Source of the DNA: an uncultured delta proteobacterium
Lineage (GTDB): Bacteria; Desulfobacterota; RBG-13-43-22
NCBI GenBank assembly: GCA_963790475.1
Contig: CAWBOS010000010.1
Location: 64,001 to 128,000, forward strand
Reading direction: 5' to 3'
Length of the DNA: 64,000 bases
Shown here: positions 28,690 through 38,548 of the stretch, piece by piece
How positions within the stretch are numbered: the first letter of the stretch is position 1
Layout of the letters: each line of letters opens with the position of its first letter
Notes under the pieces: model-generated
What the model saw: only the letters and a program-made list of their open reading frames with translations
Database searches by the model: none
What the model was told of the DNA's origin: nothing
Position numbers and translations under genes: made by a program

Positions 28690-29886
28690 ATGAAAACAAG
28701 AATTAGCAAACTTTTTGTGGAATTTCTTGAAAGTGAACAGGCTTCAGGAATTCTCCTGATTCTCTGCACAGTGGCTTCAATCATTATTGCCAATTCCTAT
28801 TTTGGAAAAGGATACTCGGGTTTTTGGCGTACCGCAGTTGGTTTTGAGGCAGGAAATATTGCTTTGAAATATAGCGTTGAGTATTGGATTAATGACGGCT
28901 TGATGGCAATTTTTTTCCTGCTGATTGGACTTGAAATTGAAAGGGAACTTTATATCGGGGAACTGTCGGATTTAAAAAAAGCCACTCTGCCTATTTTTGC
29001 CGCCATCGGTGGCATGGCAATCCCCGCTCTTCTTCACTTTTTGTTCAATCAAGGAACCGGAACGCAAGGTGGCATTGGAATTCCAATGGCAACGGACATT
29101 GCCTTCGCACTGGGCGCGCTTGCCCTGTTAGGCAGCAAGGTTCCAGCGTCTCTGAAGGTATTCCTTGCCGCCTTAGCCATCACAGATGACTTGGGGGCAA
29201 TCGTCATTATTGCTCTGTTTTATGTGGGTGACTTCTTTGTTCTGTATCTTGTTTTGGCTTTAGGGGTATTTATGGGACTCTTGGTATTAAATCGTCTCGA
29301 TGTGCTTTGTTTGCCCTTTTACCTAATTCCGGGCGTTATCATGTGGTACTTTATACTCAAATCCGGCATCCACCCCAGCTTTGCGGGCGTCTTGCTCGCC
29401 TTTGTTATTCCGTTTAGGCGTGGTGATGAAAAATCGCCATCCTACAAATTGCAACATTTCCTGCACAAACCAGTGGCCTTTATCATCATGCCGCTTTTTG
29501 CGCTGGCCAATACCGGCATTGCTCTGGCAGGAAACTGGATTGAGGGCCTGGTAACATCAAACAGTTTAGGTATTTTCGCTGGCTTGTTTCTTGGCAAGCC
29601 GCTTGGCATTGCTCTGTTTAGTTTTTTAGGGTTCAGATTGGGCTTATCTCAATTGCCAAACGATATGTCCTGGAAGCACATAGTTGGCGCTGGTTTTCTT
29701 GGAGGTATCGGGTTTACCATGTCAATCTTCATCACGCTTTTGGCCTTTAATGACCCTGAAATCATCCGGAGTTCCAAAACTGTCGTCTTGCTCAGTTCGC
29801 TTTTGGCAGGTACGGCCGGCTATCTTATATTGAATTCGACGGCAACCCGAAAGAGAAGCAGTAAAACGAAAATTGCACCCCGATGA
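28690..29886 (+). CDS. nhaA: Na+/H+ antiporter NhaA
   Basis: WINDGLMAIFF, ATDIAFALG, LAITDDLGA, PLFALAN and GIGFTMSIFI. Confidence 0.95.
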   Translation: MKTRISKLFVEFLESEQASGILLILCTVASIIIANSYFGKGYSGFWRTAVGFEAGNIALKYSVEYWINDGLMAIFFLLIGLEIERELYIGELSDLKKATLPIFAAIGGMAIPALLHFLFNQGTGTQGGIGIPMATDIAFALGALALLGSKVPASLKVFLAALAITDDLGAIVIIALFYVGDFFVLYLVLALGVFMGLLVLNRLDVLCLPFYLIPGVIMWYFILKSGIHPSFAGVLLAFVIPFRRGDEKSPSYKLQHFLHKPVAFIIMPLFALANTGIALAGNWIEGLVTSNSLGIFAGLFLGKPLGIALFSFLGFRLGLSQLPNDMSWKHIVGAGFLGGIGFTMSIFITLLAFNDPEIIRSSKTVVLLSSLLAGTAGYLILNSTATRKRSSKTKIAPR

Positions 29887-30024
29887 TTCCATAACAGGCC
29901 TAAGGGCAATGGTCTGAAAAAAGGGTAAGGCCCCGTCATCGAAAGAGGGGGAATATTTGGATTTGATTATTATCAGGAAGCCTATAGAACCTGGGTAAAA
30001 GGTATATTTTTCAAATAAGCAAAA

Positions 30025-31053
30025 ATGAGGGAGAGGATCTTGGGGAGAAAAGAGAAAACCTTTAAGATAAGCCTGGTGATTGGGGTGATCCTTGTTATCA
30101 GTCTGCTTCATTACCTGACTCAAAGACAGGAAAGATATTACCATCTCTTTTATCGAGAACTTTATTTCCTCCCCATGATTCTGGCTGGGATTTGGTTCGG
30201 TCTTCAGGGTGCGGTTTTAACTTCGTTGTTTATAACTATATTATTTCTCCCAATGGTATTTAATGAATGGCAGGGGTTTTCAGTAAACGATTTCGATCGG
30301 ATATTAGAAATTATTCTATTAAATATTATTTCCATTATCTTAGGACTTCTTTCGGACAGGGAGAAGACAGTTCTGAAAACCTTACAGGAGGCTGAAACGC
30401 TGGCGGCATTAGGAGGTGCCATTTCCAATATCGTCCATGACATGAAAATACCCCTGATAGCGATCGGAGGCTATGCCCGATCCGTGAAGCGGAAGCTTAA
30501 AGAAGAGGACCCTAATCGTGAAAAATTGGATGTCATTGTCAGGGAGACCAACAGACTGGAAGAATTGACCCAAGACATATTGGCTTATGCCCGGCCAGTT
30601 CCTTCGAATCGAGTTACGGGTGATTTAAATAAAATGGTCATAGAATGTTGCCGGGTCGCCCGTGAAATAGCCGAACCCAGAGGGGTGAAGATAGAGATTC
30701 ATTCGGTTCAATCACTTCCAGCCATCAATCTTGATCCGAAAGCCATGGAAAGGGCTCTCTTAAACCTGATCTGGAATGCCGTTCAAGCCTCCCCCGAAGG
30801 GGGGGTGGTGGTGGTCAAGACAAATATGGAAGGAAGAGAAGCGGCCATCACCGTAGCGGATGAGGGTCCAGGAATCCCACCTGAGATCAGAAAAGAAATA
30901 TTTTCTCCATTTTTTACCACTAAAAAAGAGGGAACGGGCCTGGGCCTGCCTATCGCTTTAAAGATCTTCAAAGCCCACGGTGGAAGTATTACGGTAACTG
31001 ACAATGAAGAAAAAGGGACAATTTTTAAGGTGATTTTACCCGCAGGAAGATAA
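30025..31053 (+). CDS. Membrane sensor histidine kinase (NtrB/ZraS-like), orphan in this window
   Basis: Four N-terminal TMs; HDMKIPL, NLIWNA, DEGPGI and FFTTKKEGTGLGL. Confidence 0.88.
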   Translation: MRERILGRKEKTFKISLVIGVILVISLLHYLTQRQERYYHLFYRELYFLPMILAGIWFGLQGAVLTSLFITILFLPMVFNEWQGFSVNDFDRILEIILLNIISIILGLLSDREKTVLKTLQEAETLAALGGAISNIVHDMKIPLIAIGGYARSVKRKLKEEDPNREKLDVIVRETNRLEELTQDILAYARPVPSNRVTGDLNKMVIECCRVAREIAEPRGVKIEIHSVQSLPAINLDPKAMERALLNLIWNAVQASPEGGVVVVKTNMEGREAAITVADEGPGIPPEIRKEIFSPFFTTKKEGTGLGLPIALKIFKAHGGSITVTDNEEKGTIFKVILPAGR

Positions 31054-31079
31054 ACGAAATTGAAGAGAGGTAGTTTTAG

Positions 31080-31277
31080 ATGTTTATCATGATTTTTTTT
31101 GGGGTAGCCTTGATTGTGGGTATCGTTTACTTATCCAGACGGTCGCGGGGTTACACGGAAGGCTTTGGTGGAGATACCCAGGAAGATTCTCCTTTGGATA
31201 TTCTTAAAAAAAGATATGCCAAAAGTGAGATCACTAAAGAAGAGTTTGAGCAAAAGAAAAAGGGCTTGGGATATTGA
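31080..31277 (+). CDS. SHOCT-domain membrane protein
   Basis: TM helix plus SPLDILKKRYAKSEITKEEF. Confidence 0.8.
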   Translation: MFIMIFFGVALIVGIVYLSRRSRGYTEGFGGDTQEDSPLDILKKRYAKSEITKEEFEQKKKGLGY

Positions 31278-31388
31278 GGAAATAAAAGGAGTTGTACCCT
31301 TGACAGTGGTCTTCGTTGGTGTTAGCTTATATCAGATTATGGGTAATTGACCCATAATAATTAACAAAATAAGAAAATGGAGGTTGCA

Positions 31389-31778
31389 ATGAAAAAAGGT
31401 TTATTTTTGTTAATGATGTTGACCTTAATAGCCGGGACGGCTTGGGGAAAAAATTATGAAGTGACCAAAAAGGCAGATGATTACACCGTAAAAGTTGAAA
31501 TAGATAAAAATCCGCCTATCGTTGGCAATAACAACATGGCCATTACTATTCAAGATGCTTCCGGTAAAAACATTACCGACGCCAAAGTGAAAGTGGGATA
31601 CTCCATGCCACCCATGTCCGGGATGCCGGCGGCGAACTACAAGACCGACGCTGCCCTACAAGGGAATGAATACAAGACCAAGGTGAATTTTTCCATGGCC
31701 GGAAGTTGGAACGTCGAGGTTCAAATAACTGAGCCCTGGAAGGTTAAAAAGGTTAAACTCAATGTGGATGTCAAATAA
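31389..31778 (+). CDS. FixH/YtkA-like exported protein associated with heavy-metal efflux
   Basis: Signal peptide; NPPIVGNN, YSMPPMSGMP and FSMAGSW. Confidence 0.78.
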   Translation: MKKGLFLLMMLTLIAGTAWGKNYEVTKKADDYTVKVEIDKNPPIVGNNNMAITIQDASGKNITDAKVKVGYSMPPMSGMPAANYKTDAALQGNEYKTKVNFSMAGSWNVEVQITEPWKVKKVKLNVDVK

Positions 31779-33177
31779 AGATAATCCAAAAATTAGAAAT
31801 CAAAAAAATCACTTCAAGTCATTCCGGCGAAAGCCGGAATCCAGTTTTCCAATGTACCTGAAAGTCTCCTGGACCCCGGTTTTCACCGGGGTGACAACTT
31901 TTTTTGGGACCATCAACTATAAGAAAACCGCCCTCTTTTTTCTTGCCTTTTTGTGGAGTACATCGGCCATTGCCTCGGATTTGAGACTCCGGGACCTGAT
32001 CCAGGAGGTCATGAAAAATAGCCCGGAAATTCAGGCGGCCCAGGCCGGGGTAAATGTCGCTCAATACAAAATCCCTCAAGCCGGCGCCCTGCCCGACCCC
32101 ATGGTTATGGTCGGCTACCAGAACGATGGATACAGTAACTATACCTTCGGAGAATCCAATTTCGCTTATTATATGTTCTCGGCCAGCCAGATGGTGCCTT
32201 TTTGGGGAAAGCGGGACTTAAAGGGTGAGATGGCCACCCGGGAAGCGGAAAGCCTTAAGGCGTCCTCGAAAAATACCATCCTTAAGACCGTTACCAAGGT
32301 CAAAGAACTCTATTTTGATCTTTTGCTGGCCTATAAGACCAAAGAACAGATTGAGGACAAAACCGATTTGTTTGCCCGGATTGAGGACGCTGCTCTGGCT
32401 CGGTATTCATCGGGCATGGGCCCCCAGCAGGAAGTGCTCATGGCCCAGACCGAGAAATACATGCTCCGGGAAAAAGATGAGATGACGAATCAAAAAATTC
32501 AGGCGGCCGAGGGTATGCTGAACACAACTCTCGGGAGAGAGGTCGATGCCCCTTTGGGCCGTCCCCAGGTTCCGGCCTATGCCCCTTATCCGTACAAGCT
32601 CGAAGAGCTTCTGAAGATGGCCAAGGAAAATTCCCCGGAAATCCAGTCCAAGGAAAAGATGATCAAAGGGGCAGAAGCCAAGGTCCGGATGGCGGAAAGA
32701 GAATACTATCCTGATTTTACCCTGGGGGCCAATCTCTATAAAACAGGCGGGCCTTTTACAGACATGTGGAGTGTGACCGCTCAGATCAACATCCCGCTCT
32801 ATTATGAAAGGAAGCAGAAGCAGGGGGTACTGGAAGCCAAGGCCGCCCTTTCTCAGAGTAAACAGGAACGCCTGGCTACCGAGAATATGCTGGCTTCGAA
32901 TCTGAGGGATAGTTACTCCATGATTAAATCAGCCGAGCGGTTGATGGAACTCTATAAGGAAGGCTTGATCCCCAAGACCGTGCAGGACTTTCAACTGGCC
33001 CTCTCGGGATATACCGTGGGCAAAGTGGAGGCCATAACCGTCATCTCCAGACTGAAGGCCCTTCTGGATTTCGAGCTGTTATACTGGGGGCAATTTACCG
33101 AAAGGGAAAAGGCCATGGCCCGGGTTGAAGCGATTGCCGGGATTACGGATTTGATGATGGAGGATAAAAAGAATTGA
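31768..33177 (+). CDS. TolC/CusC-family outer-membrane efflux protein
   Basis: NSPEI, ALPDPM, SQMVPFWGKR and YYPDF repeats; precedes cusB-cusA; REP-like insert in the N-terminal region. Confidence 0.88.
   Translation: MSNKDNPKIRNQKNHFKSFRRKPESSFPMYLKVSWTPVFTGVTTFFGTINYKKTALFFLAFLWSTSAIASDLRLRDLIQEVMKNSPEIQAAQAGVNVAQYKIPQAGALPDPMVMVGYQNDGYSNYTFGESNFAYYMFSASQMVPFWGKRDLKGEMATREAESLKASSKNTILKTVTKVKELYFDLLLAYKTKEQIEDKTDLFARIEDAALARYSSGMGPQQEVLMAQTEKYMLREKDEMTNQKIQAAEGMLNTTLGREVDAPLGRPQVPAYAPYPYKLEELLKMAKENSPEIQSKEKMIKGAEAKVRMAEREYYPDFTLGANLYKTGGPFTDMWSVTAQINIPLYYERKQKQGVLEAKAALSQSKQERLATENMLASNLRDSYSMIKSAERLMELYKEGLIPKTVQDFQLALSGYTVGKVEAITVISRLKALLDFELLYWGQFTEREKAMARVEAIAGITDLMMEDKKN
31818..31895. 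repeat. REP-like palindromic element in frame within tolC
   Basis: GTCATTCCGGCGAAAGCCGGAATCCAGT identical to 3274-3301; second arm CTGGACCCCGGTTTTCACCGGGGTGAC. Confidence 0.85.
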
Positions 33178-34349
33178 AAATATCAAGGATGGTCATCGGC
33201 TTAACATTAGGGATCGGACTTGGTCTTTCCGCCTGGCCGCTTCTTGCCCAACCCCATCAGCACGGGGCAATGTCGGAAATGACAAAGGCCCCTGCAAAAA
33301 AACCTGCCCCACAAAAGGAACCGGTTCAGGAGGAGGTCCCCACCGTAGAAATCCCCAAGGATAAACAACAGCTCATCGGTCTAAATACCACCTCGGTAGC
33401 CATAAGGCCCTTACAAAAGGTCATTCGGACCGTAGGCCGCATCGAATATGATGAGAGAAAAATGGCCACGGTCAATACCAAGTATGAGGGCTGGATCGAG
33501 AAACTGCGGGTCAACGCCACCGGGAGCTACGTGAAGAAGGGAGAGCCCCTGGCCGAAATCTACAGCCCGGAACTTTTGGCTACCCAACGGGAATATCTGA
33601 ATGCCCTTAAATGGAAAAATTCCACCAAAAAGGATAGCGAACTCGGTGCCCTGTTGATCAAAGATGCGGAAACTATTCTGGAGGCAGCCAAACAGCGTCT
33701 GAAACTTTGGGACATCACCGAAGAACAAATCAAAAAAGTCGAGGGAACCGGTCAGCCGATCAAGACCTTGACCCTTTACAGCCCGGTCAGCGGGTATGTG
33801 ACCCAAAAAACAGCCATCCAGGGGATGAAGGTCATGCCTGGTGATAAGCTCTTTGATATTGTCGATCTTTCATCGGTTTGGGTGCTGGCCGACATCTATG
33901 AATACGAACTTCCGGTCGTCAAATTGGGGGCGCCGGCCGTCATCAGTCTAAGCTACTTCCCGGGCAAGGAATTTCTTTCTAAAATAGATTATATCTATCC
34001 AACCCTGGCCGGTGAAACCAGGACCGCCAAAGTTAGGTTTACCTTGCCCAATCCGGGGGGTCAGCTCAAACCCCAGATGTTCACCGATGTGACCTTAAAG
34101 ATCAATCTCGGTAAAAAGCTCGTTGTTCCTGAGGATGCGGTTATTGATACCGGAACAAGGCAGATTGTTTATGTGGATAAAGGGGATGGAAATTTTGAGC
34201 CCCGAGAGGTCTCTGTCGGCCTCAAGACCGATCAGATGGTCGAGGTGACAAGAGGATTACGGGTTGGAGAAAAAGTGGTTTCTTCAGCAAATTTCCTGAT
34301 TGATTCAGAAGCGAAATTAAAAGGGGTTGCTCCAAGGACGAACAAATAA
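33174..34349 (+). CDS. cusB: RND periplasmic adaptor, CusB-like
   Basis: GWIEKL, YSPELL, LKPQMF, AVIDTG and ANFLIDSE; His/Met-rich N-terminus. Confidence 0.88.
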   Translation: MKISRMVIGLTLGIGLGLSAWPLLAQPHQHGAMSEMTKAPAKKPAPQKEPVQEEVPTVEIPKDKQQLIGLNTTSVAIRPLQKVIRTVGRIEYDERKMATVNTKYEGWIEKLRVNATGSYVKKGEPLAEIYSPELLATQREYLNALKWKNSTKKDSELGALLIKDAETILEAAKQRLKLWDITEEQIKKVEGTGQPIKTLTLYSPVSGYVTQKTAIQGMKVMPGDKLFDIVDLSSVWVLADIYEYELPVVKLGAPAVISLSYFPGKEFLSKIDYIYPTLAGETRTAKVRFTLPNPGGQLKPQMFTDVTLKINLGKKLVVPEDAVIDTGTRQIVYVDKGDGNFEPREVSVGLKTDQMVEVTRGLRVGEKVVSSANFLIDSEAKLKGVAPRTNK

Positions 34350-34355
34350 ATCATG

Positions 34356-34454
34356 GGTAAAAGGTTTAAGGTTTGAGGTGTAAGGTGAGAATACCTCAGA
34401 ACCGGCTTTCCTTAAAGCTTTTAACATTAAACTTTAAACCGTAGACCTTATACC
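34356..34454. repeat. Inverted heptamer tandem-repeat array between cusB and cusA
   Basis: GGTAAAA GGTTTAA GGTTTGA GGTGTAA GGTGAGA ... with an inverted arm ending TTAAACC GTAGACC TTATACC. Confidence 0.75.
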
Positions 34455-34468
34455 GGTTTCATAATCTT

Positions 34469-37400
34469 ATGATCGCCAAAATTATTGAATACAGCGCCCG
34501 GAATAAATTTATCATTTTTTTGTTGATGTTTTTTTTGGGGATCTGGGGGTACCTTTCCCTTATAAACACCCCCCTGGATGCCCTCCCCGATCTCAGTGAT
34601 ACCCAGGTGATTATCTATACCGAATGGCCGGGAAGAAGCCCGGACCTGGTTGAAGACCAGATCACTTATCCCATTACTTCAACCTTATTGGCCGCTCCCA
34701 AAGTGCAGGCGGTTAGAGGTTTTTCCTATCTGGGCAGTTCTTTTATCTACGTCATCTTTGAAGAGGGGACCGATATCTATTGGGCTCGAAGCCGGATCCT
34801 GGAGTACCTCCAGGCCGTAAAAAACAAGCTCCCGGCCAATATCAACCCGGTCCTCGGACCCGATGCCACCAGCCTGGGCTGGGGGTTCTCCTATGCCGTT
34901 GTGGATGAGACCGGCAAGTTGGACCTGGCCCAGTTGCGTTCCCTCCAGGACTGGAATCTAAAGCTGGCGATTGAAAGTGTCCCCGGGGTTTCCCAGGTGG
35001 CCAGCCTGGGCGGGTTTGTCAAACAATATCAGATCACCCTGGACCCCAACCGTCTTTCCGCTTTTAACATCCCCATTACCAAAGTCATGGAAGCCGTCCG
35101 CCGCAGCAACCTGGACGTAGAAGGGCGGGTCATCGAGTTCTCCGGGGTGGAGTACATGGTCCGCGGACGGGGATATATCAAAAGTCTGGAAGACTTAAGA
35201 AATATTTCTTTGGGCACTAATGGCAATGGGACCCCAATTTACTTGAAGGACGTGGCCGGGATCCAACTCGGGCCGGAGATCCGCCGGGGGGTGGCCGAAC
35301 TGGATGGAAAAGGGGAGGTGGCCTCCGGAATCGTCGTGGTCCGGTTCGGTGAGAATGTTTTGAAGGTCATCGACCGGGTCAAGGAAAAAATAAAAAAAGA
35401 TATCGAACCCAGCCTGCCCAAAGGGGTGAAGATCATCACCACCTATGACCGGTCAGATCTGATTCATCGTTCCATTGATACTTTGAAAGACGAGATCATC
35501 AAACTCACCATTGCCGTCAGCGTGGTCTGCCTCGTCTTTTTATTTCACATCCCCAGTGCCCTGGTGATCATTCTGACCCTGCCTTTGGCCATTATCATTT
35601 CCTTTATCCTCATGGTCCATCTGAAGGTTACTTCCAATGTCATGAGCCTGAGCGGGATTGCCATTGCCATCGGAGCCATGGTGGATGCCTCGATCATCAT
35701 GGTGGAAAATGCCCATAAAAAGTTGGAAGAGTGGGAGGAAGCGAAACGACTGAGGGGAGATGGGAGCGGGGAGGAGGGGGAAGTCCTGGATGCTCATCAA
35801 TCCGCACTCGCAAATATGAGCAGGATTGATGTCATTATTCATGCGGCACAGGAAGTAGGGCCGTCCCTTTTCTTTTCCCTGCTGGTCATCATGGTCGGCT
35901 TCCTGCCGGTATTCACCTTGCAGGCCCAGGCCGGCAGGCTCTTCAAGCCCCTGGCCTATACCAAAACCTTTGCCATGCTTTTTGCTTCCTTTTTGGCCAT
36001 TACCCTCACCCCGGTTTTGATGACCTTATTTATCCGGGGGAAAATAAGACCGGAAGAAAAAAATCCCATCAGCAAGGTCCTTCATAAGCTCTATGAGCCG
36101 GTGGCGCGGCTTGCTCTGCGGTTTAAAAAAATAGTCATAATTCTAGCCGTCCTTATTCTGGCCTCCACCATCTATCCCTTTATGAAAATCGGTTCGGAAT
36201 TTATGCCCCCCCTTTATGAGGGGACCCTGTTTTATATGCCGGTGACCGTACCGGCCGCTTCTATCTCCGTAGCTACAGACCTGCTGAAAATGCAGGACCA
36301 GATTTTGATGAAAATTCCGGAAGTAACCCAGGTCTTCGGCAAAGCCGGCCGGGCTGAGACGGCTACCGATCCGGCGCCCCTGGAGATGTTTGAAACAGTG
36401 GTCAACCTTAAACCCGAGTCTCAGTGGCGCAAGGGGATGACGGTCGATAAACTCAAAGATGAAATGAACGACGCCCTGACCATTCCCGGAGTGGCCAATT
36501 CCTTCACCATGCCCATCAAGGCCAGAATCGATATGCTGGCTACGGGGATTAGAACACCGGTGGGCATCAAGGTCCTGGGTCCGAAACTGGAGGAACTGGA
36601 ACGGATCGGCCTGGAACTGGAACATCACATCAAGGACATTCCCGGGACCCGCAGTGTGTATGCCGAGAGGATGACTACCGGATATTTTCTGGATGTAATT
36701 GTTAATCGGCAGGAAGCCGCCCGGTACGGGTTGGCTGTGGAAGATATTCAGGAAGTGGTTGAGACTGCCATCGGCGGCATGAATATCACCACCACTGTGG
36801 AAGGCCGGGAACGCTATCCGGTGAACATTCGCTATGCCCGGGAACTGCGGGGAAATATCGAACAGATCAAGAGAATCCTGGTGCCGGTTACGATGACCAG
36901 TCCCCAAAATGCCCAGACCGGTTCCAGTATGGGCTCCAGTGGGGCGGGGGTACAATCCTTGAGTGTCCCTCTGGGTGAAGTGGCGGACATAAAAATCATT
37001 AAGGGGCCGACGGCCATCAAGAGCGAAGAAGGGCTTTTAAGCCTCTATGTTTTTGTAGACTTCAGCGGCAGAGATGTGGGGGGATACGTGCAAGAGGCCA
37101 AGAAGAAGGTGGCCTCTTTGAAGATCCCCACAGGGTATCGCCTGGAATGGAGCGGGGAATATGAATATCTGCTCAAAACCGAGGAAAGATTAAAATTAGT
37201 CATCCCCTTGACCCTCTTGATCATTTTTGTCTTGATTTTTTTTAACACCAAATCGGTGACCAAAACCCTTATCGTCTTGCTGGCTGTCCCTTTTTCCTTA
37301 GTGGGCTCCTTCTGGCTCCTTTATATCCTTAATTATAATCTTAGTATCGCGGTCTGGGTGGGGATTATCGCCCTGGCCGGTCTGGATGCCGAGACCGGAG

Positions 37401-37732
37401 TGGTCATGCTGCTTTATCTGGAACTGGCTCATGAAAGGTGGAAGAAAGAAGGCCGTTTGAACGGAATCTCCGATCTGAAGGAGGCCATCATGTTCGGGGC
37501 CGTGAAACGGATACGTCCCAAGATCATGACCGTCAGTGTTATCCTGGCCGGTCTGGTTCCTATTATGTTCAGTCACGGTACCGGATCGGATGTGATGAAG
37601 CGTATCGCTGCCCCTATGGTGGGAGGGGTGATCACCTCCATGATTATGGAACTGGTTATCTATCCGACGATCTATCTGATCTGGAAGGGGAGGGAATTTA
37701 AACTCCTGGAAAGTCCTGCAAAAAAATCCTGA
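34469..37732 (+). CDS. cusA: CusA-type Cu(I)/Ag(I) RND efflux pump
   Basis: DALPDLSDTQV, AIAIGAMVDA, EFMPPLYEG...YMP, DPAPLEMFET and RIDML (Met triad). Confidence 0.95.
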   Translation: MIAKIIEYSARNKFIIFLLMFFLGIWGYLSLINTPLDALPDLSDTQVIIYTEWPGRSPDLVEDQITYPITSTLLAAPKVQAVRGFSYLGSSFIYVIFEEGTDIYWARSRILEYLQAVKNKLPANINPVLGPDATSLGWGFSYAVVDETGKLDLAQLRSLQDWNLKLAIESVPGVSQVASLGGFVKQYQITLDPNRLSAFNIPITKVMEAVRRSNLDVEGRVIEFSGVEYMVRGRGYIKSLEDLRNISLGTNGNGTPIYLKDVAGIQLGPEIRRGVAELDGKGEVASGIVVVRFGENVLKVIDRVKEKIKKDIEPSLPKGVKIITTYDRSDLIHRSIDTLKDEIIKLTIAVSVVCLVFLFHIPSALVIILTLPLAIIISFILMVHLKVTSNVMSLSGIAIAIGAMVDASIIMVENAHKKLEEWEEAKRLRGDGSGEEGEVLDAHQSALANMSRIDVIIHAAQEVGPSLFFSLLVIMVGFLPVFTLQAQAGRLFKPLAYTKTFAMLFASFLAITLTPVLMTLFIRGKIRPEEKNPISKVLHKLYEPVARLALRFKKIVIILAVLILASTIYPFMKIGSEFMPPLYEGTLFYMPVTVPAASISVATDLLKMQDQILMKIPEVTQVFGKAGRAETATDPAPLEMFETVVNLKPESQWRKGMTVDKLKDEMNDALTIPGVANSFTMPIKARIDMLATGIRTPVGIKVLGPKLEELERIGLELEHHIKDIPGTRSVYAERMTTGYFLDVIVNRQEAARYGLAVEDIQEVVETAIGGMNITTTVEGRERYPVNIRYARELRGNIEQIKRILVPVTMTSPQNAQTGSSMGSSGAGVQSLSVPLGEVADIKIIKGPTAIKSEEGLLSLYVFVDFSGRDVGGYVQEAKKKVASLKIPTGYRLEWSGEYEYLLKTEERLKLVIPLTLLIIFVLIFFNTKSVTKTLIVLLAVPFSLVGSFWLLYILNYNLSIAVWVGIIALAGLDAETGVVMLLYLELAHERWKKEGRLNGISDLKEAIMFGAVKRIRPKIMTVSVILAGLVPIMFSHGTGSDVMKRIAAPMVGGVITSMIMELVIYPTIYLIWKGREFKLLESPAKKS

Positions 37733-37795
37733 TTCATGGAGGCCTCATCAAGGGGTGAGCGATTTATTACTCCCCAGTGATCTTTTAGTCCGGCT

Positions 37796-38494
37796 TTATT
37801 CTCTTGGCCCGAAAAGGGCTGTTCCAACGCGGATGACAGTGGCCCCTTCCTCAATAGCTATTTCGAAGTCATGGGACATGCCCATAGAAAGTTGACTTAA
37901 ATCGACGGAAGGGAATCGGGCTTGCCACTGGTCTCGCCACTGAAGAAGCGAGTGAAACCAAGCCCGGGATTTTTCCGGGTCCGGATCATAGGGCGGGATG
38001 GTCATCAAACCCCGAATACGCAAGGCCGACCAGGTAAAGCTTTCTATCAACAATTCAGGAACCTTTGCGGGCGGTAATCCGGACTTGCTGAATTCTTCAG
38101 CCTCATTGACCTGAACGAGTACTTCGATGGTGTCTCCTGATCTAAGGGCCTGTTGATTTAATTCCCGGGCCAGGGCCATACTATCCAACGTCTCGATCAT
38201 GGAAAAAAGCTTTACGGCCTGTCTGGCTTTGTTTTTTTGTAAATGACCGATAAAATGCCAGGTCCCTTGCCGGATGGTTTCGATCTTGCTTTGGGCTTCC
38301 TGGATATAATTCTCTCCAAAATAGGTTAAGCCCTCCCCGATCGCCTCTTGAATCCTTTCAACGGGTATGGTCTTGGTAACGGCAATCAGTCGAATTTCAT
38401 CTCGCGTTCTTCCAGCCCGAAGACAAGCGCCTGATATTCTTTTTTCAACCTCTGCTATTGAATGAGTTAGAATTCCCATTTCTATTTTTTCCAT
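37796..38494 (-). CDS. yggS: PLP homeostasis protein YggS
   Basis: AVTKT, FGENYIQE, WHFIGHLQKNK, LSMGMSHDF and RVGTALFG. Confidence 0.95.
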   Translation of the reverse strand: MEKIEMGILTHSIAEVEKRISGACLRAGRTRDEIRLIAVTKTIPVERIQEAIGEGLTYFGENYIQEAQSKIETIRQGTWHFIGHLQKNKARQAVKLFSMIETLDSMALARELNQQALRSGDTIEVLVQVNEAEEFSKSGLPPAKVPELLIESFTWSALRIRGLMTIPPYDPDPEKSRAWFHSLLQWRDQWQARFPSVDLSQLSMGMSHDFEIAIEEGATVIRVGTALFGPRE

Positions 38495-38513
38495 TTACTT
38501 GAATTACTCAAAA

Positions 38514-38544
38514 AACCTTGAACCTTGAACTTAGAACCTTAAAC
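38514..38544. repeat. Heptamer tandem repeat between maf and yggS (single arm)
   Basis: AACCTTG AACCTTG AACTTAG AACCTTA AAC. Confidence 0.7.
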
Positions 38545-38548
38545 ATTT

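Noticed and set aside
29900-29955. c-di-GMP-I riboswitch-like GAAA stem before the orphan kinase
   Set aside because: It lacks the GGCAAAC/GACGCAAAG core and the second stem.
36890-36945. CusA loop MTSPQNAQTG resembling MGPQNAMTG of the Gly/Met protein
   Set aside because: The match is too short and lies in low-complexity sequence, so it cannot be distinguished from chance.
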